Part shown: piece after piece, positions 23,386 through 34,964 of the stretch
Numbering within the stretch: position 1 is the first letter of the stretch
Layout: the number at the start of each line of letters is the position of its first letter
DNA from: Meyerozyma guilliermondii
Lineage: Eukaryota
Direction of reading: 5' to 3'
DNA length: 64,000 nucleotides
NCBI GenBank assembly: GCA_051546255.1
Contig: CP128818.1
Location: 868,001 to 932,000 of the forward strand
Notes under the pieces: generated by a model
Seen by the model: only the letters and a program-made list of their open reading frames with translations
Databases searched by the model: none
Told to the model about the DNA's origin: nothing
Translations under genes and position numbers: made by a program

Positions 23386-23613
23386 CATTGCATGAGGGAG
23401 AGGAAGGAGAGAAACTGAAGAGAAAGAGAGAGAAACTGAGAGAGAAACTGAAAGAGAGAGTGTGTGTGAAAGAGTGTGGACTAGAAGTACATTATTGAAT
23501 AAGATGAGGTTTAGTAGTGCTGTAGACAGTAGTGCGAATTTTCGTCAATTGTCACTCATTGATTTTCATTGAGATTCAATTGAGTCAGTTGAGTCAATTG
23601 ATTTTAAGTTAAA

Positions 23614-23931
23614 ATGGAGTGGAACGTCATTGTATACGACAAGCCGGGTGCAGACAGAACCCCAGTGAGAGCACAGCATCTTGCTGCGATTCCTGCTACT
23701 GTTAATGCTGGAATAGTCACTAGTGCTGGACCCATTTATCACGATATTGAAAAGACAAAATTTGCTGGAAGTACTTTCCATCTTATTGCCAACTCCAAGG
23801 AGGAAATCATTGAGTTTCTCAAGAAGGACATTTACTATGAAAAGGGTATTTGGGACATTGACAGCGTAGTAGCTCATCCCATGGGAGTCGCAGTTCGCAA
23901 GCAAAAAGACATGCCTGGAGTGAAATTTTAG
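23614..23931 (+). CDS. YciI-like dimeric alpha/beta-barrel protein, copy 1
   Basis: VIVYDKPG...RAQHL...AGP...GS...DIYYEKGIW. Confidence 0.8.
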   Translation: MEWNVIVYDKPGADRTPVRAQHLAAIPATVNAGIVTSAGPIYHDIEKTKFAGSTFHLIANSKEEIIEFLKKDIYYEKGIWDIDSVVAHPMGVAVRKQKDMPGVKF

Positions 23932-24634
23932 ACTAGAAAGAACTAGACTAGTGAGAATGGGGGACTAGAAAGAAGGTTTAGAGTTTTGATGAAAATTGAA
24001 TGGGAAATTTCTCAATTGCAGTCTGTCACCATTACCATTTTACCAGTTTACCATTTTACCAAACTTACCATTATTTCCTTTGTTACTTATCATATCTCAT
24101 CTCTTATTGTAGACTCATGACTTTAGCTGCCCCAAGTAAAATGTCCACTGTATTGTGGTGAACGGTAGTAGTCTCCGGTGAGGTTTATGGAAACGCTGAT
24201 GCGGATAAGTGACGGTGAAGATATTTTTGTTTCTGATTTCTGAAATGATTCTGGTTTTGGTTCTGGTTCTGGTTTTGGTTTTGTTTATGTTGTGCTGCAA
24301 ATCTAAGAGAGAACCTAGAGACTACATTACAGAATAGAAAGTTTATCTGGAGACTGTATTCGCAGTTGAAATCTTGATGATTCTGACATAATCAACGTTC
24401 ACGGTAATTGAATAAACCTGGAGATCAGAGACTAATTAGACATCTTGAATATTCTTATGCCCTATTATCCGATAAGTCCGTATTAATAATTGACCAGATG
24501 TGGTAGTAGTTGATCTCTTGATCCAATCGGATTTATCTGACACATTACTAAGCAGCTCGATATAAAGGTGCTCAGGCCTTATTTTGCAACCAATTTATAG
24601 GTTTCATTTATCGGTAATTGACCAATTCTTTAAT

Positions 24635-24943
24635 ATGGAGTGGATCGCAATCGTATACGACAAGCCGGGAGCAGACAGAGCCCCAGTGATAGAGCAACAC
24701 AAAGCTGCAGTTCCCGGTTACATCAAGGCTGGAATTGTCACTAATGCCGGACCTATTTTTGAAGACGAAGAAAGAACAAAATTTGCTGGAAGTGCGTTTA
24801 ATCTTATTGCCAATTCCAAGGAGGAGGTGATTGAATTTCTCAAAAATGACATTTTTGGCAAAAGTGGAATTTGGGACATCGACAGCGTAGTTGTGCATCC
24901 GTTGGGAGTCGCTTATCGCAAGCAACAAGACTTGCAGTTTTGA
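24635..24943 (+). CDS. YciI-like protein, copy 2 (tandem paralog)
   Basis: Colinear with copy 1: YDKPGADR, TKFAGS, LIANSKEE, GIWDIDSVV. Confidence 0.8.
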   Translation: MEWIAIVYDKPGADRAPVIEQHKAAVPGYIKAGIVTNAGPIFEDEERTKFAGSAFNLIANSKEEVIEFLKNDIFGKSGIWDIDSVVVHPLGVAYRKQQDLQF

Positions 24944-25068
24944 GAGAAATCGATCTGGAACTAAATAGAGAACAAGTTGATTTCAAGATTTGACTACTCT
25001 CTCATTTAATCCTCTCTGTGTACCTCTTACTATTACCTATGTTACATATTACTCTATCGTACATCCGT

Positions 25069-26655
25069 TCATTGTAGACTCATGCCGTTGACCTGTTCCG
25101 CAAGTGTACTAAACTGTCCGTCAACCGGGGAACGGTAATAGTCGTACGACGAGGATTTCTGGAAGCGATGCGGATAATGCGAAAGTCGATGCTGATTTTG
25201 ATTATTTTGCTGATTCTGATTCTGCTGATTTTGCAACTGCTGCAATTGCTGCTGCATGGAAACAATTGGCATCTGTCCCACCATATTGTTACTGAAATTG
25301 AGTGGCTGTCCACTGGCCGTGGCTGCGGCTATGGCTGCTGCGGTGGAATTCACCGACGAGTACTGGTTCATCATATGATTATTGGTCAAGTTTGAAGGCT
25401 TGTTACCACCACATTTGAGACAGGTGATGTTCTTGGCAAAGTTGTGGTATTGACAGGCATCGTTGGTACATTTCCAGTCACCGGCACGAAATGGAACATT
25501 GTACTTGTATGGGTTGGTTGGATTTAAAGAAGGTTTGGTTCCAGGACTTGCTTGAGTGTTGTTTCGGTAATTTTCCACCATGGTAACCGCACTGGTAGCA
25601 GGGAATGAGCACCTAAAACATGCTGTTCTACGCTGAAAATTCGAAAACCCACACGAAGGACATGTCCAGTCTCCTGGACGGGGTCTATTTTTGGACACTG
25701 GAAACGGTGTGAGCAATTGCGCCGCCCGGTCGAGCACCGTGGTGGAAGATGGTTGGACCTCAATGGCGCGGTCGCCAAGAACACGGCCATTGATCGGCAA
25801 TGCCTCGGCTGCTTCTTCGTGGGTTGCAAACACGGCAAACCCCATGTTCTGGTTGTCGCCTTTAATGGTCCAAAATGCTATGGGACGGCCACCAAATTGG
25901 GTGAACCAAGACTCCAATTCCGACTGGGTGGTGTCCACCGGAAGGTTTTTGAGATTGAGGATTTTAGACTGTTCTTTCTTGAACACACGGAAATCCTCCG
26001 CAACGTCGTACGGAGTCGTAAAGAGAGTGGGCACCTTGGCGAGCTCGATGAGAATTGTAGTGAACGAGGAGAGGGAGTCTCTTTCATTGACCTTTTCCGG
26101 CTGAACCTTCTTTTCTTCTTTTTCTTTTTTCTCTTCCTTCTCCTCCTTTTCTTCTTTTCCTTCTTTCCCTTCCTCTCTCTTCACTGCCTCCACCATATCC
26201 CTCAAACTAGTTCCTTCTCTCCCCTTCCACCGCGCATACTCGCTCCGCAACTCAAACACCCGCGGCTGTTTCAAATACCCCGGAAGCTCCACCGACTTGT
26301 CCCGAGCTTCTCTGGGAATATGGACCCGAAGTGGAAACGCATCGTAGGAAACGAACGAAAATTCCTTTTCTCCCACATATTCCTTCACCGCCGCCTCCAA
26401 CTTGTCGATAGCGTCCCGAAACGTGCCTGCGTTCCGAACATGTTCCCAGGAAATTCCGTGGATCTGGGTGCACCATGGAGTGATGGGAGTGTTTGTGGGC
26501 CGAACGAAAGTTTGGTTTCGAGTAAGTTCTTGTAGTGTTGACGCGTCCACGATACACCAGGAGATCAGGATGAGCTCTGTGGAGTCGGGAGTGACATATG
26601 AGTTTGTTTCGTCACAGGTGGTGGCGGTATTTACCACGACATAAACGTCGCTCAT
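25069..26655 (-). CDS. NRP1: RNA-binding protein Nrp1 (exonuclease-like N-domain, RRM, two RanBP2 zinc fingers)
   Basis: LPVDTTQSELESWFTQFGGRP, RPGDWTCPSCGFSNFQRRTACFRC, RAGDWKC..CQYHNFAKNITCLKC. Confidence 0.85.
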   Translation of the reverse strand: MSDVYVVVNTATTCDETNSYVTPDSTELILISWCIVDASTLQELTRNQTFVRPTNTPITPWCTQIHGISWEHVRNAGTFRDAIDKLEAAVKEYVGEKEFSFVSYDAFPLRVHIPREARDKSVELPGYLKQPRVFELRSEYARWKGREGTSLRDMVEAVKREEGKEGKEEKEEKEEKKEKEEKKVQPEKVNERDSLSSFTTILIELAKVPTLFTTPYDVAEDFRVFKKEQSKILNLKNLPVDTTQSELESWFTQFGGRPIAFWTIKGDNQNMGFAVFATHEEAAEALPINGRVLGDRAIEVQPSSTTVLDRAAQLLTPFPVSKNRPRPGDWTCPSCGFSNFQRRTACFRCSFPATSAVTMVENYRNNTQASPGTKPSLNPTNPYKYNVPFRAGDWKCTNDACQYHNFAKNITCLKCGGNKPSNLTNNHMMNQYSSVNSTAAAIAAATASGQPLNFSNNMVGQMPIVSMQQQLQQLQNQQNQNQQNNQNQHRLSHYPHRFQKSSSYDYYRSPVDGQFSTLAEQVNGMSLQ

Positions 26656-26897
26656 GGTGGGTTTTGAGACTGATGAAAATTTGTGATATGGAGTCACGTG
26701 CGACGATAAGTCAGATTCTGGAGATACCGGTTGATAATACTATTTTAGCCTCAGTTGTGTTCATCGTCATCAATTGAGTTCCTGTGTTCATTCTGAACCA
26801 TTTTCTTTGACATTACCTGAAATTTATTTAGTTTTGACAATTCTTCTTTCTATTTTTCTTCCTAATCTTTTTTAATTCTTATCGTTTTGCGCACGTT

Positions 26898-29426
26898 ATG
26901 AATGATACACCAGCCGATCGAATGGGCCCCCAGCGGGTATTCGGGGCCCAGCTAGCACTATGTCTATGGATCGGGGTGTCGTCGTTTGTTCTATTTTGCT
27001 TTTTGCGCTATAAATGGCCACATATATATGCTGTGAGGACATTTCGAAAACACGCCGGTTCCGGAATCGGTAGTGGAATCCGGCCACTTCCCAAGAAAAT
27101 CTTTGGTTGGTTGAGTATAACGTGGTCTATTACTGACGACGAGGTGCTCCAGTGGTCGGGGCTAGACGCGTATGTGTTTTTGGCATTTTTCAGAATGGGA
27201 ATTCGAATCTTTTCATTTTTAGCGGTGCTTGCGGTGTTTATATTGAGCCCAATTCGCTACTATTTTACAGGAAATTACGATAAAGATGATGTTTCGTGGA
27301 CAAAAAACACGCATCTTACCGCCGTTCTTAAATCTCCCAAGAAAAATCCAGATTTATCCGATGATTTTCCAAACTACCTTTGGGTATATTCCATTTTCGT
27401 CTACGTTTTTTCCATCACCGTCTACATTGTCTTGTACGACACATCCCGGGTGGTGCTCCGCACCCGCCAGAAGTACTTGGCAGCTCAGGACTCCATCACA
27501 GACCGTACAATTCGCCTTGAAGGCATTCCCAAAAAACTTTTGGACCCGCACGGTGGTCCAGAAAGATTGCGTCGCTTCATTGAAAATCTTGGAATTGGTA
27601 CTGTGACCGATATAAAGATGATCTACGACTGGTCGCCATTCCAGCAGCTTTTTGAAAAAAGGAACGTTGTGCTCCATAAACTTGAAGAATTATATGCGCA
27701 CCATTATGGTCTCGTTATCGACATTTATCGCCCGGATGTCACCCCCAAAGTCCTCCCAAAGCTTCCTATTGACTCTGTGCTTCCGCTGCCTCTGGAAGGT
27801 GAAGCTCGTGGCAAGATTCTGAAACTAGCGGCCGAATTGACCAGCTTGAACTCCCAAATCCGGGAAATGCAATTTCTCTTTGATTCTGAAACTTGCACAT
27901 TTCGTCCTGGAATCTCCTCAAAAACCTTCCTCCAGACCACAAGTGCATTTATTACCATGGACTCCGTCGCTTCTGCTCAAATGGCTGCTCAGGCGGTGCT
28001 AGATCCTCGTCAGTATAAGCTCATGGTGACGTTGGCCCCGGCTCCAAAAGATATCAATTGGAGCTATTTTGCGTTGAGCTACTACCGCAAGCTCCTCCGG
28101 TCGTATGTGGTGACTTTTGTCATCGTTTTGAGTTACGTATTCATCTTCTTTTTGGTTACGCCCATCACCGCCTTGTTGAACGTGAAAACGATAACCAAAT
28201 TTTGGCCTGCTTTGGGGGACCTCATATCAAAATCCGACTGGGCAACCACTTTTGTGACGGGAATCTTGCCTCCTCTTTTGGTTTCGTTGTTAAATGTGCT
28301 GCTTCCTTATTTTTACAAGTACTTGTCGACCCATCAAGGGTTCGCTTCCAATAGCGACATTGAACTCTCGACGCTTCTGAAAAACTTCTTTTTCGTGTTT
28401 TTCAACTTGTTCTTGATTTTCAACGTCACGGGTACGTTCTGGGATTACTTGTCATACATGAAAGATACCACCAAATTGGCATACCAATTGGCTGAGAAAT
28501 TCAAAGAAGTTTCCTTGTTCTATGTCGATTTGATCTTGCTTCAAGGTTTGGCTATGTTCCCTGTACGTCTTCTTCAGCTTGGAGATGTGGTTGTCTCCAA
28601 TGTGTTGGGACGCATATTTTTGCTTAGAGGAATCATCTTAAAGACTTCCAGAGACTACCGATTTTACTATTATACTCCACCGATTTTCGACTTTGGAATC
28701 CAGTTACCACAGCACATATTTGCGTTTATCATTATACTAACTTATTCTGTGGTTTCGACCAAAATCGTGGTTTCTGGCTTGGTATATTTTACATTGGGTT
28801 ACTTTGTCTACAAGTACCAATTGGTATACAACTTTGTCCATCCTCCACACTCCACCGGCAAAGTTTGGCCCATGATTTTCAGGCGCATTGTCCTTGGGCT
28901 TATACTCTTCCAATTGTTCATGTGTGGTACTTTGGCGTTAGAAGGTGCGGTGTTGCTAGCAGTTTTATGTGCTCCATTGATCATTGTGACACTTATTTTG
29001 TCTTGGAATTTCGAGCGGTTTTACCGTCCACTCAGCAACTTTATTGCCCTAGGTGCCATTCAAAATCCGTACGATTTCGACAAGATGTTTGGAGACGACA
29101 CATCTGAGAGCACTGGACTGTCGAAGCAGAGCGTCGGACTGCTGCAAGAATCTGTTCCCGAGGGGGAAACCACTCAATTGTTGCCGAGACAATTGCGAAG
29201 ACGAAAGTCGACTGTTGATGAAGATCGGGAGCAATTTACCGATTATACAGCTCCGTATCTTCTTGACCCGCTACATGGCCCGTGGGTAGGGTTTGAAGGA
29301 GAATATATATCCATGGTGGAGTATAGTGGAGCGGAAGATTTGGAAAATGGAGACACTTCAGTGATTTCTACACGAGAAGAAGAAATGGTGGTTCGACGCA
29401 AGCTACGGCTCAGTGAGTGGGAATAG
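26898..29426 (+). CDS. CSC1: OSCA/TMEM63 calcium-permeable stress-gated channel (Csc1-like)
   Basis: GLDAYVFLAFFRM, AFITMDSVASAQMAAQ, APAPKDINW, YKYQLVY...HSTGKVWP. Confidence 0.8.
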   Translation: MNDTPADRMGPQRVFGAQLALCLWIGVSSFVLFCFLRYKWPHIYAVRTFRKHAGSGIGSGIRPLPKKIFGWLSITWSITDDEVLQWSGLDAYVFLAFFRMGIRIFSFLAVLAVFILSPIRYYFTGNYDKDDVSWTKNTHLTAVLKSPKKNPDLSDDFPNYLWVYSIFVYVFSITVYIVLYDTSRVVLRTRQKYLAAQDSITDRTIRLEGIPKKLLDPHGGPERLRRFIENLGIGTVTDIKMIYDWSPFQQLFEKRNVVLHKLEELYAHHYGLVIDIYRPDVTPKVLPKLPIDSVLPLPLEGEARGKILKLAAELTSLNSQIREMQFLFDSETCTFRPGISSKTFLQTTSAFITMDSVASAQMAAQAVLDPRQYKLMVTLAPAPKDINWSYFALSYYRKLLRSYVVTFVIVLSYVFIFFLVTPITALLNVKTITKFWPALGDLISKSDWATTFVTGILPPLLVSLLNVLLPYFYKYLSTHQGFASNSDIELSTLLKNFFFVFFNLFLIFNVTGTFWDYLSYMKDTTKLAYQLAEKFKEVSLFYVDLILLQGLAMFPVRLLQLGDVVVSNVLGRIFLLRGIILKTSRDYRFYYYTPPIFDFGIQLPQHIFAFIIILTYSVVSTKIVVSGLVYFTLGYFVYKYQLVYNFVHPPHSTGKVWPMIFRRIVLGLILFQLFMCGTLALEGAVLLAVLCAPLIIVTLILSWNFERFYRPLSNFIALGAIQNPYDFDKMFGDDTSESTGLSKQSVGLLQESVPEGETTQLLPRQLRRRKSTVDEDREQFTDYTAPYLLDPLHGPWVGFEGEYISMVEYSGAEDLENGDTSVISTREEEMVVRRKLRLSEWE

Positions 29427-29445
29427 CAGTAATTAATATATAGGT

Positions 29446-30516
29446 CTAACTAACTCTTCTGCCCTTATCGGACCCCGATTTGTTTCGGGGACGAGCTATT
29501 TGCTGGAGTTTTTCTTGCCGTAAGTTCTTGTCGGTCACATAGGCAGGTTTATCAGGAGAATAGTCACACTCGAGATTATATTTTTTGCACCCATTGCAAA
29601 CAGGTCGTTCTTCGTCGCACTTGACGTGCTTTATTCGGCAGATCCAGCATCCATTTCTTGACCGAGGATTTAGTTTTCTTCGGGTATGTTTCTTAGGAGT
29701 TTTCACCGCGGCAGCTGCTGCTTCGTTGAGTGACAATTTGGACGATTTCCGAGAAATCGAATGGTCTTCTGATCTCGACGATACCAGAGAGTCGGACCTA
29801 ACACTCGCATTGAGGTCGAGGTTGACATAGTTGTTGATCAAGGGAGACATCATGGAGTCAGCAGATTTTGGAAGTCTTTGCAACGACGGCTTTTTGGAAA
29901 ATGAAGGTTTTTTGGTGATTTTCGACGTTGAAGGAGAGACGCTGATACTGGACGACGACTTGGTTCGCTGGCCGTAGCGAGAGCTCTCGGAAGTGTCTGA
30001 GTAGTCGCTGACTCCGTCGCTGAACGAGGGTGTGAACGGAGCAATGAAATCGGTTCTTATGGGTGGAGGAGGAAAGAACTGGTCATAAGACGGCGAGAGC
30101 TCGTTGATCGATTCCAATGAAGGATTTGGCAAATCTGCCAAAGAATAGAAATCGTGGGTGTCGGGAACGTCAGGAAAAAACGAGTCTGACGGGTCCCATT
30201 GTGGCGTGGGGTCCGGTAATCCATGGGAAATCATGGCGTGGCGGACACCAAGCGGCAGGTTTTGGTGATCTGGGAGGTGGTGATTAAGAGGATCTTGGTG
30301 ATTTTGATTATGGTTGATTGGATTTTGATTTGGAATAAAAAAGTCCACCGGAAGATTGGAGGTGGGACTTATGGGCATGAACGGCGGTGAGTAACCGGCA
30401 TTGAAGTCGTGGATATGAGGACCGGCTCTATCGGTATATTGGTAAGGATGGTTTTGTTTAGGGGAATAAGGTTGCAATTTATGGTCTTGGTGGTGGGAGA
30501 CTCCGTAGTTGGGCAT
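29446..30516 (-). CDS. WOR2: Transcription factor with a C-terminal Zn(II)2Cys6 cluster, Wor2-like
   Basis: [35 protein letters not shown] near the C-terminus, with a 2-kb upstream intergenic region. The symbol is assigned from recalled similarity. Confidence 0.6.
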   Translation of the reverse strand: MPNYGVSHHQDHKLQPYSPKQNHPYQYTDRAGPHIHDFNAGYSPPFMPISPTSNLPVDFFIPNQNPINHNQNHQDPLNHHLPDHQNLPLGVRHAMISHGLPDPTPQWDPSDSFFPDVPDTHDFYSLADLPNPSLESINELSPSYDQFFPPPPIRTDFIAPFTPSFSDGVSDYSDTSESSRYGQRTKSSSSISVSPSTSKITKKPSFSKKPSLQRLPKSADSMMSPLINNYVNLDLNASVRSDSLVSSRSEDHSISRKSSKLSLNEAAAAAVKTPKKHTRRKLNPRSRNGCWICRIKHVKCDEERPVCNGCKKYNLECDYSPDKPAYVTDKNLRQEKLQQIARPRNKSGSDKGRRVS

Positions 30517-32547
30517 AAGCTATGGCGTGGCCAGAAGACGAGGTTGAAGTGTTGAATGGTGAAAATGTGAAAATTGTGAAGGAATGAATGGTAATGGTTA
30601 ATGGTATGGTAGCCTGTTGAATGACTAGGCTGGTCAAGCTGAAAAATTATTAGCTTAATGACTGTAACCGGAGCTGAAAAGTCTAATGACTAGTACCGGT
30701 AATGCTGGTCTGAAGAACTAAAACCAGTGGTTTTTTCTATGCAATGAATAACAATAATGTACTGAAAAGTATCATGCCAATTGACCAAGATTGGCCAACC
30801 ACCAAACGCCGCAGGCAACCAAGGCGATTTATCGCTTGAATGCGGGAATATACCGGAAGCGGACAAACGTTAGGTCAAGCTACGTGTTTCCAATCCGCAA
30901 CTTTCAAGAGATAATTCTGTGGAATGAAAAATGATGGCTAACCAAGATCCCAATTTAGATACCAAACAATTGATTATTTGCGTGTAGGTCCACGTATGCA
31001 GCCCACATCAATAGTTATAAGGCGGCGGCACCGCCACATTGATTGTTATGTCGCTTCTGGGACAATTTCGTAATCTATTGTAGGTTGTAGCACAAACGTA
31101 GATGCGCACGCAAACCTTGTGCATTAAAACAAAAATAAACAAAAATAAAAAAAACTGCACGTAATAAGGTGCATAATGCATGAAGTTCCCCTGAGATGTG
31201 AGTTGCAGCCTCAAACCTCGCCAGGAAGTGCTTAAACTTGCTTTTTTACTCGTTATTGGTATGGCATCGTACCGTCTAGATGTGCAAGTGCGATCATACT
31301 TTGGTAACCAAATAATACTCCCTTTCACAACGTCATTCAGTAAATTGTCGACGCACTATTCTTAATACCTCTGCAGGTTGCCTGACGCATGTTGTTACAT
31401 ATGCCACAATGGGTCCACTATTATACGGTATTTGATCGGCTGGCATACTCGTCAGTGTAATGCATGCACTCTATTGTTTCCGGCTCAACTTGCTTAATAG
31501 CCGTTGGTTTATGATGGTGGTGAGACGTTATACCGTTATACGTGCAGGTGCTCCGATGTCAATGGAGACGATGAGCGATCGTAGCAATGCAACGCGGGGA
31601 AGCGAGAGCCAATCACATCGCGTTATCTTAGACATGTGCGGTGTCCGAATTGGCATTATAATGCATGAATTGAACAACTAGCATAAGATTCCCAATTGGA
31701 CAATCGAAGATAAATCCAAATGTGATTTGTCTTAAAGTGATTTAGCCTAAAGATTTATCCTAAATTGATTTATCCAAATTATTTTGTCTCAGATACCGAC
31801 GATCTCGCAAAAAACCGGTACCATTATTTTACTAACCATAGAATAACGGCGCATCCAACTGTCATTATCCATTCTCGCTCCTTTTTCATTCCGTTTTCAT
31901 GCCTTGTCAATGTCCATTATATGGCGCCGCCGCACGCGCTCCGATGCGGTGTATGGGTTTGGGCTCCGGGCCATAGGCCGTTATCATATGTCAGGCAATG
32001 CGGACACGTCGCCATCATTCCGGTCTGGAATCGCATTTGAAACCAAAGTCTTGCATCGCGGAACTGTCCCTGCTGCAAAATCTCTGCATGGATTTCTGCA
32101 CCTTTTTCCGCGGTGCATGCATAGTACCAACCGAAATAGGACATCAATCCCCCTGCACATTGTGGTGGTGCACCGCGGTATGCTACTAAAGCAAAAAATT
32201 TTCCGCGAAACTTTTCATCTTCTGGATTACCAGCAACCCTGATACACTCGATTCAGCAGAGCACAAATGGCCGGAAGTAGATAAAATGAACCCTCCTCTA
32301 ATCCAGTCTCCTCTGCACATTGCAGCCGTAGGAACCCTGGTTCGCTGGTGGGAATATCTTCGTAGTCACGTGCTTTCGATCACGTGGTGTAGCTTTTCGT
32401 CTTTTCGACTAGATTTGGTTGGTGCAGCGCGGCGCCATCGTATAATCTTGGCGTCGTGCAGATGGCTATTATGCAGCGCGTCTTCTTCCGTCAACACAAC
32501 AAAAAAAAACATCGTCGAACTTTTAGTTTTGTTTTGGTTTTTCTGGT

Positions 32548-33756
32548 ATGAAGAAACGCCTCGTTATCTCCAATCCGTCACCCATCAATGAGCTCACGCC
32601 ATCTATTAGAGCCAGTATTATATTGATTTCCAAATATGCTTTTGCAGCCGAAAATCCAAAAGAACTTTCCATCAAAAAAGGCGATGTTTTGAAACTTTTG
32701 GACCGTCCAGGAAACGGGTGGATTCTCGTAAATTTTGTGGACAAGGTGGCTTCTCCAGGGTTGGTTCCATCAACTTATGTGGACATTGCTATCAATGATA
32801 CCATTCATCCCATCACTTTAAGTTGGCTTCATGCCACGGGTAGTGGTCACGAAAAAGGTTGGAACGAGTCAAATTATTTGGATCTTCAAGTTAAACAACT
32901 CTTGCGCTCCAATAGTCCTTTAACCATCAACAATCGCGCGTATCCAGTGAATTGTTCAATTTCCAATTGTCTTTCATTTGATAACCGGTACTGGTATCGA
33001 CTCGATGTTACGTATTCCGACCATTCTCAAAGCTACATTTGTCGGTATTACCAGGACTTCTATGAATTGCACATTGCTCTCGTCCAATGTAAAAACCTGC
33101 TTGCTGCTACAAGCATTTCCGACCCCAAAGAAACAATCCAACTTCCCAAGCTCCCCGAACCAATTCCCTCCACTTGTATCGACGACAAGCACCAATTAAT
33201 GTCTCTTCTCTTGAAACGTTGCAACGACTTGCACGTATACATCAACAAACTAATTTTAAACAAAAACTATCAAACCTGTGAAACTTTTATGAATTGGTTG
33301 GATTTGGACTACCGAAATTTGGGCGGGTTTTCCGTCGATGGGCCAGTGGATCTCACCAACGACGAAATCAACGAAAAGGTGCTTCCTGAGTCCCTCAATC
33401 TTTTCAAGGACAACAAAGTGGAGGTTAATAATACACCAGAACTCGACCGTAATAGCAAAAGTTCTCGCGGGTCTGACTTGCCCCAACGAACCAAATCGAA
33501 AAACATCTACAATCATTACCAGCAAATCACTTTCATTGAGCACCCCAAATTACCCCAGAGCTCGCCAGTGTTGCGTGTCAACACCTCGGTAGCCAATGGC
33601 ATTTCCAAGTCGAGCCCCAAAGAATTTACCAAAGAAAACCGGTCTACACAAGAGTCCTATAACTCTACGCTGGTATCGGTATTTTCCGCGACGGAGCGCA
33701 AATCACCAGCGGCCAATTGGCCGGACCTGGATTTTAGTTTCTCCAAGAGAAAGTGA
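32548..33756 (+). CDS. Bem1-like SH3-PX protein (no PB1)
   Basis: SH3 KYAFAAENPKELSIKKGD...NGW...PGLVPSTYV; PX RYWYRLDV...RYYQDFYELH...LPKLPEP. Confidence 0.8.
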   Translation: MKKRLVISNPSPINELTPSIRASIILISKYAFAAENPKELSIKKGDVLKLLDRPGNGWILVNFVDKVASPGLVPSTYVDIAINDTIHPITLSWLHATGSGHEKGWNESNYLDLQVKQLLRSNSPLTINNRAYPVNCSISNCLSFDNRYWYRLDVTYSDHSQSYICRYYQDFYELHIALVQCKNLLAATSISDPKETIQLPKLPEPIPSTCIDDKHQLMSLLLKRCNDLHVYINKLILNKNYQTCETFMNWLDLDYRNLGGFSVDGPVDLTNDEINEKVLPESLNLFKDNKVEVNNTPELDRNSKSSRGSDLPQRTKSKNIYNHYQQITFIEHPKLPQSSPVLRVNTSVANGISKSSPKEFTKENRSTQESYNSTLVSVFSATERKSPAANWPDLDFSFSKRK

Positions 33757-34964
33757 TAAGCACACTGCGGAGCAGCCTTCAATTCTTCTTAGCATTAATG
33801 TAAGATTTAATAAACAAAGACGAAAGAACGAAGAACAAAGATAAACAGAAAGAACGAAGTAAGCGGAAGAAAATGGAAGATAAACAAATGCACAAGCTGC
33901 ATATGTGGGGTGCCCAGGATCGGAGTTGTGGAGCTGTAGAGTGTTTACATTCAAGGTTGCAAAATTTGGAAATTTTGCAACGTAGCAGAAAAACAACAAA
34001 TGTTACAAATCAAGCAAGCTCTACGAGTATCAAAACCTACGAGTAACCGAAACATTTGAACTACTGAAGCAGAGCCTGTTTCGTTTAGTATGGCGTTATA
34101 AATCCGATGCGCAATTTAGACTGTGCATATTGACATGCTGTAATCGTGTTCGGAGATGCGCCCAATTGGGCGGCTGCACGGACTAAATCGGTAATTCTAC
34201 TTCATGTTCATTTCAGAGCGAAAGGATATGGTAGAGAAGGTTAAACCAAAACACATGTACTCAACTTCGTATCTTTACTCCTATATCGGACATATAGACA
34301 TTTACCCGATCTGGACGATTATTGTAACAATGGGAAATAACAATGGAGATGATTACGCGTAAGATATCATCAACAATAGGTCGTATCATCGACCCAGTAT
34401 TGTTTTTCAAAACACCACGAAACCTTTTGGCCCAAAACGGCACAATTGGTGCCAGGTCCACTGCAGCCTTATATTGTTTGACATCAACGCACCGAAAGAG
34501 ATAGCGGTCCGTGCATATGTCTGCGGGCGCGCCTGCACGCAGATGGTGTTGATATGCATCGATTTTCTGCCGATGAGCCTGAGCTTCTATTAGGTTCGTT
34601 CATTTAACTAATACAGCCCCAATTTCACCCCGCCGTCGGCATGATGGGCGGTTTTGAGTGTCTGAAATTAGGTAAAGAACTGCCCATCATGTGAGGCAAT
34701 GCATGCAGCCGAGGGGCATTACTTAGTAGCCTATGCGGCGCGCGCCCCCGGGCAGCCGCCCACACGCCGCACGCCGCACATGATGCAGGTCGATACACCA
34801 ATTACCGGTACTTACAATAACATTGTTTAAGTTGGTTTCTTCACAAGAACAGAAAAAATCCAATTACCACCGAATCTTTTTCCTGAAAACACAATAAACA
34901 TCGAAACCGGTAATATAGTTGCAGATATAAACATCGAGAATCTCCTCCTAAAACTTCTTTAGTC

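Noticed and set aside
30517..32547. Short ORFs of 60-112 aa in the WOR2-like upstream region
   Set aside because: Overlapping, mutually inconsistent, and without recognisable motifs.
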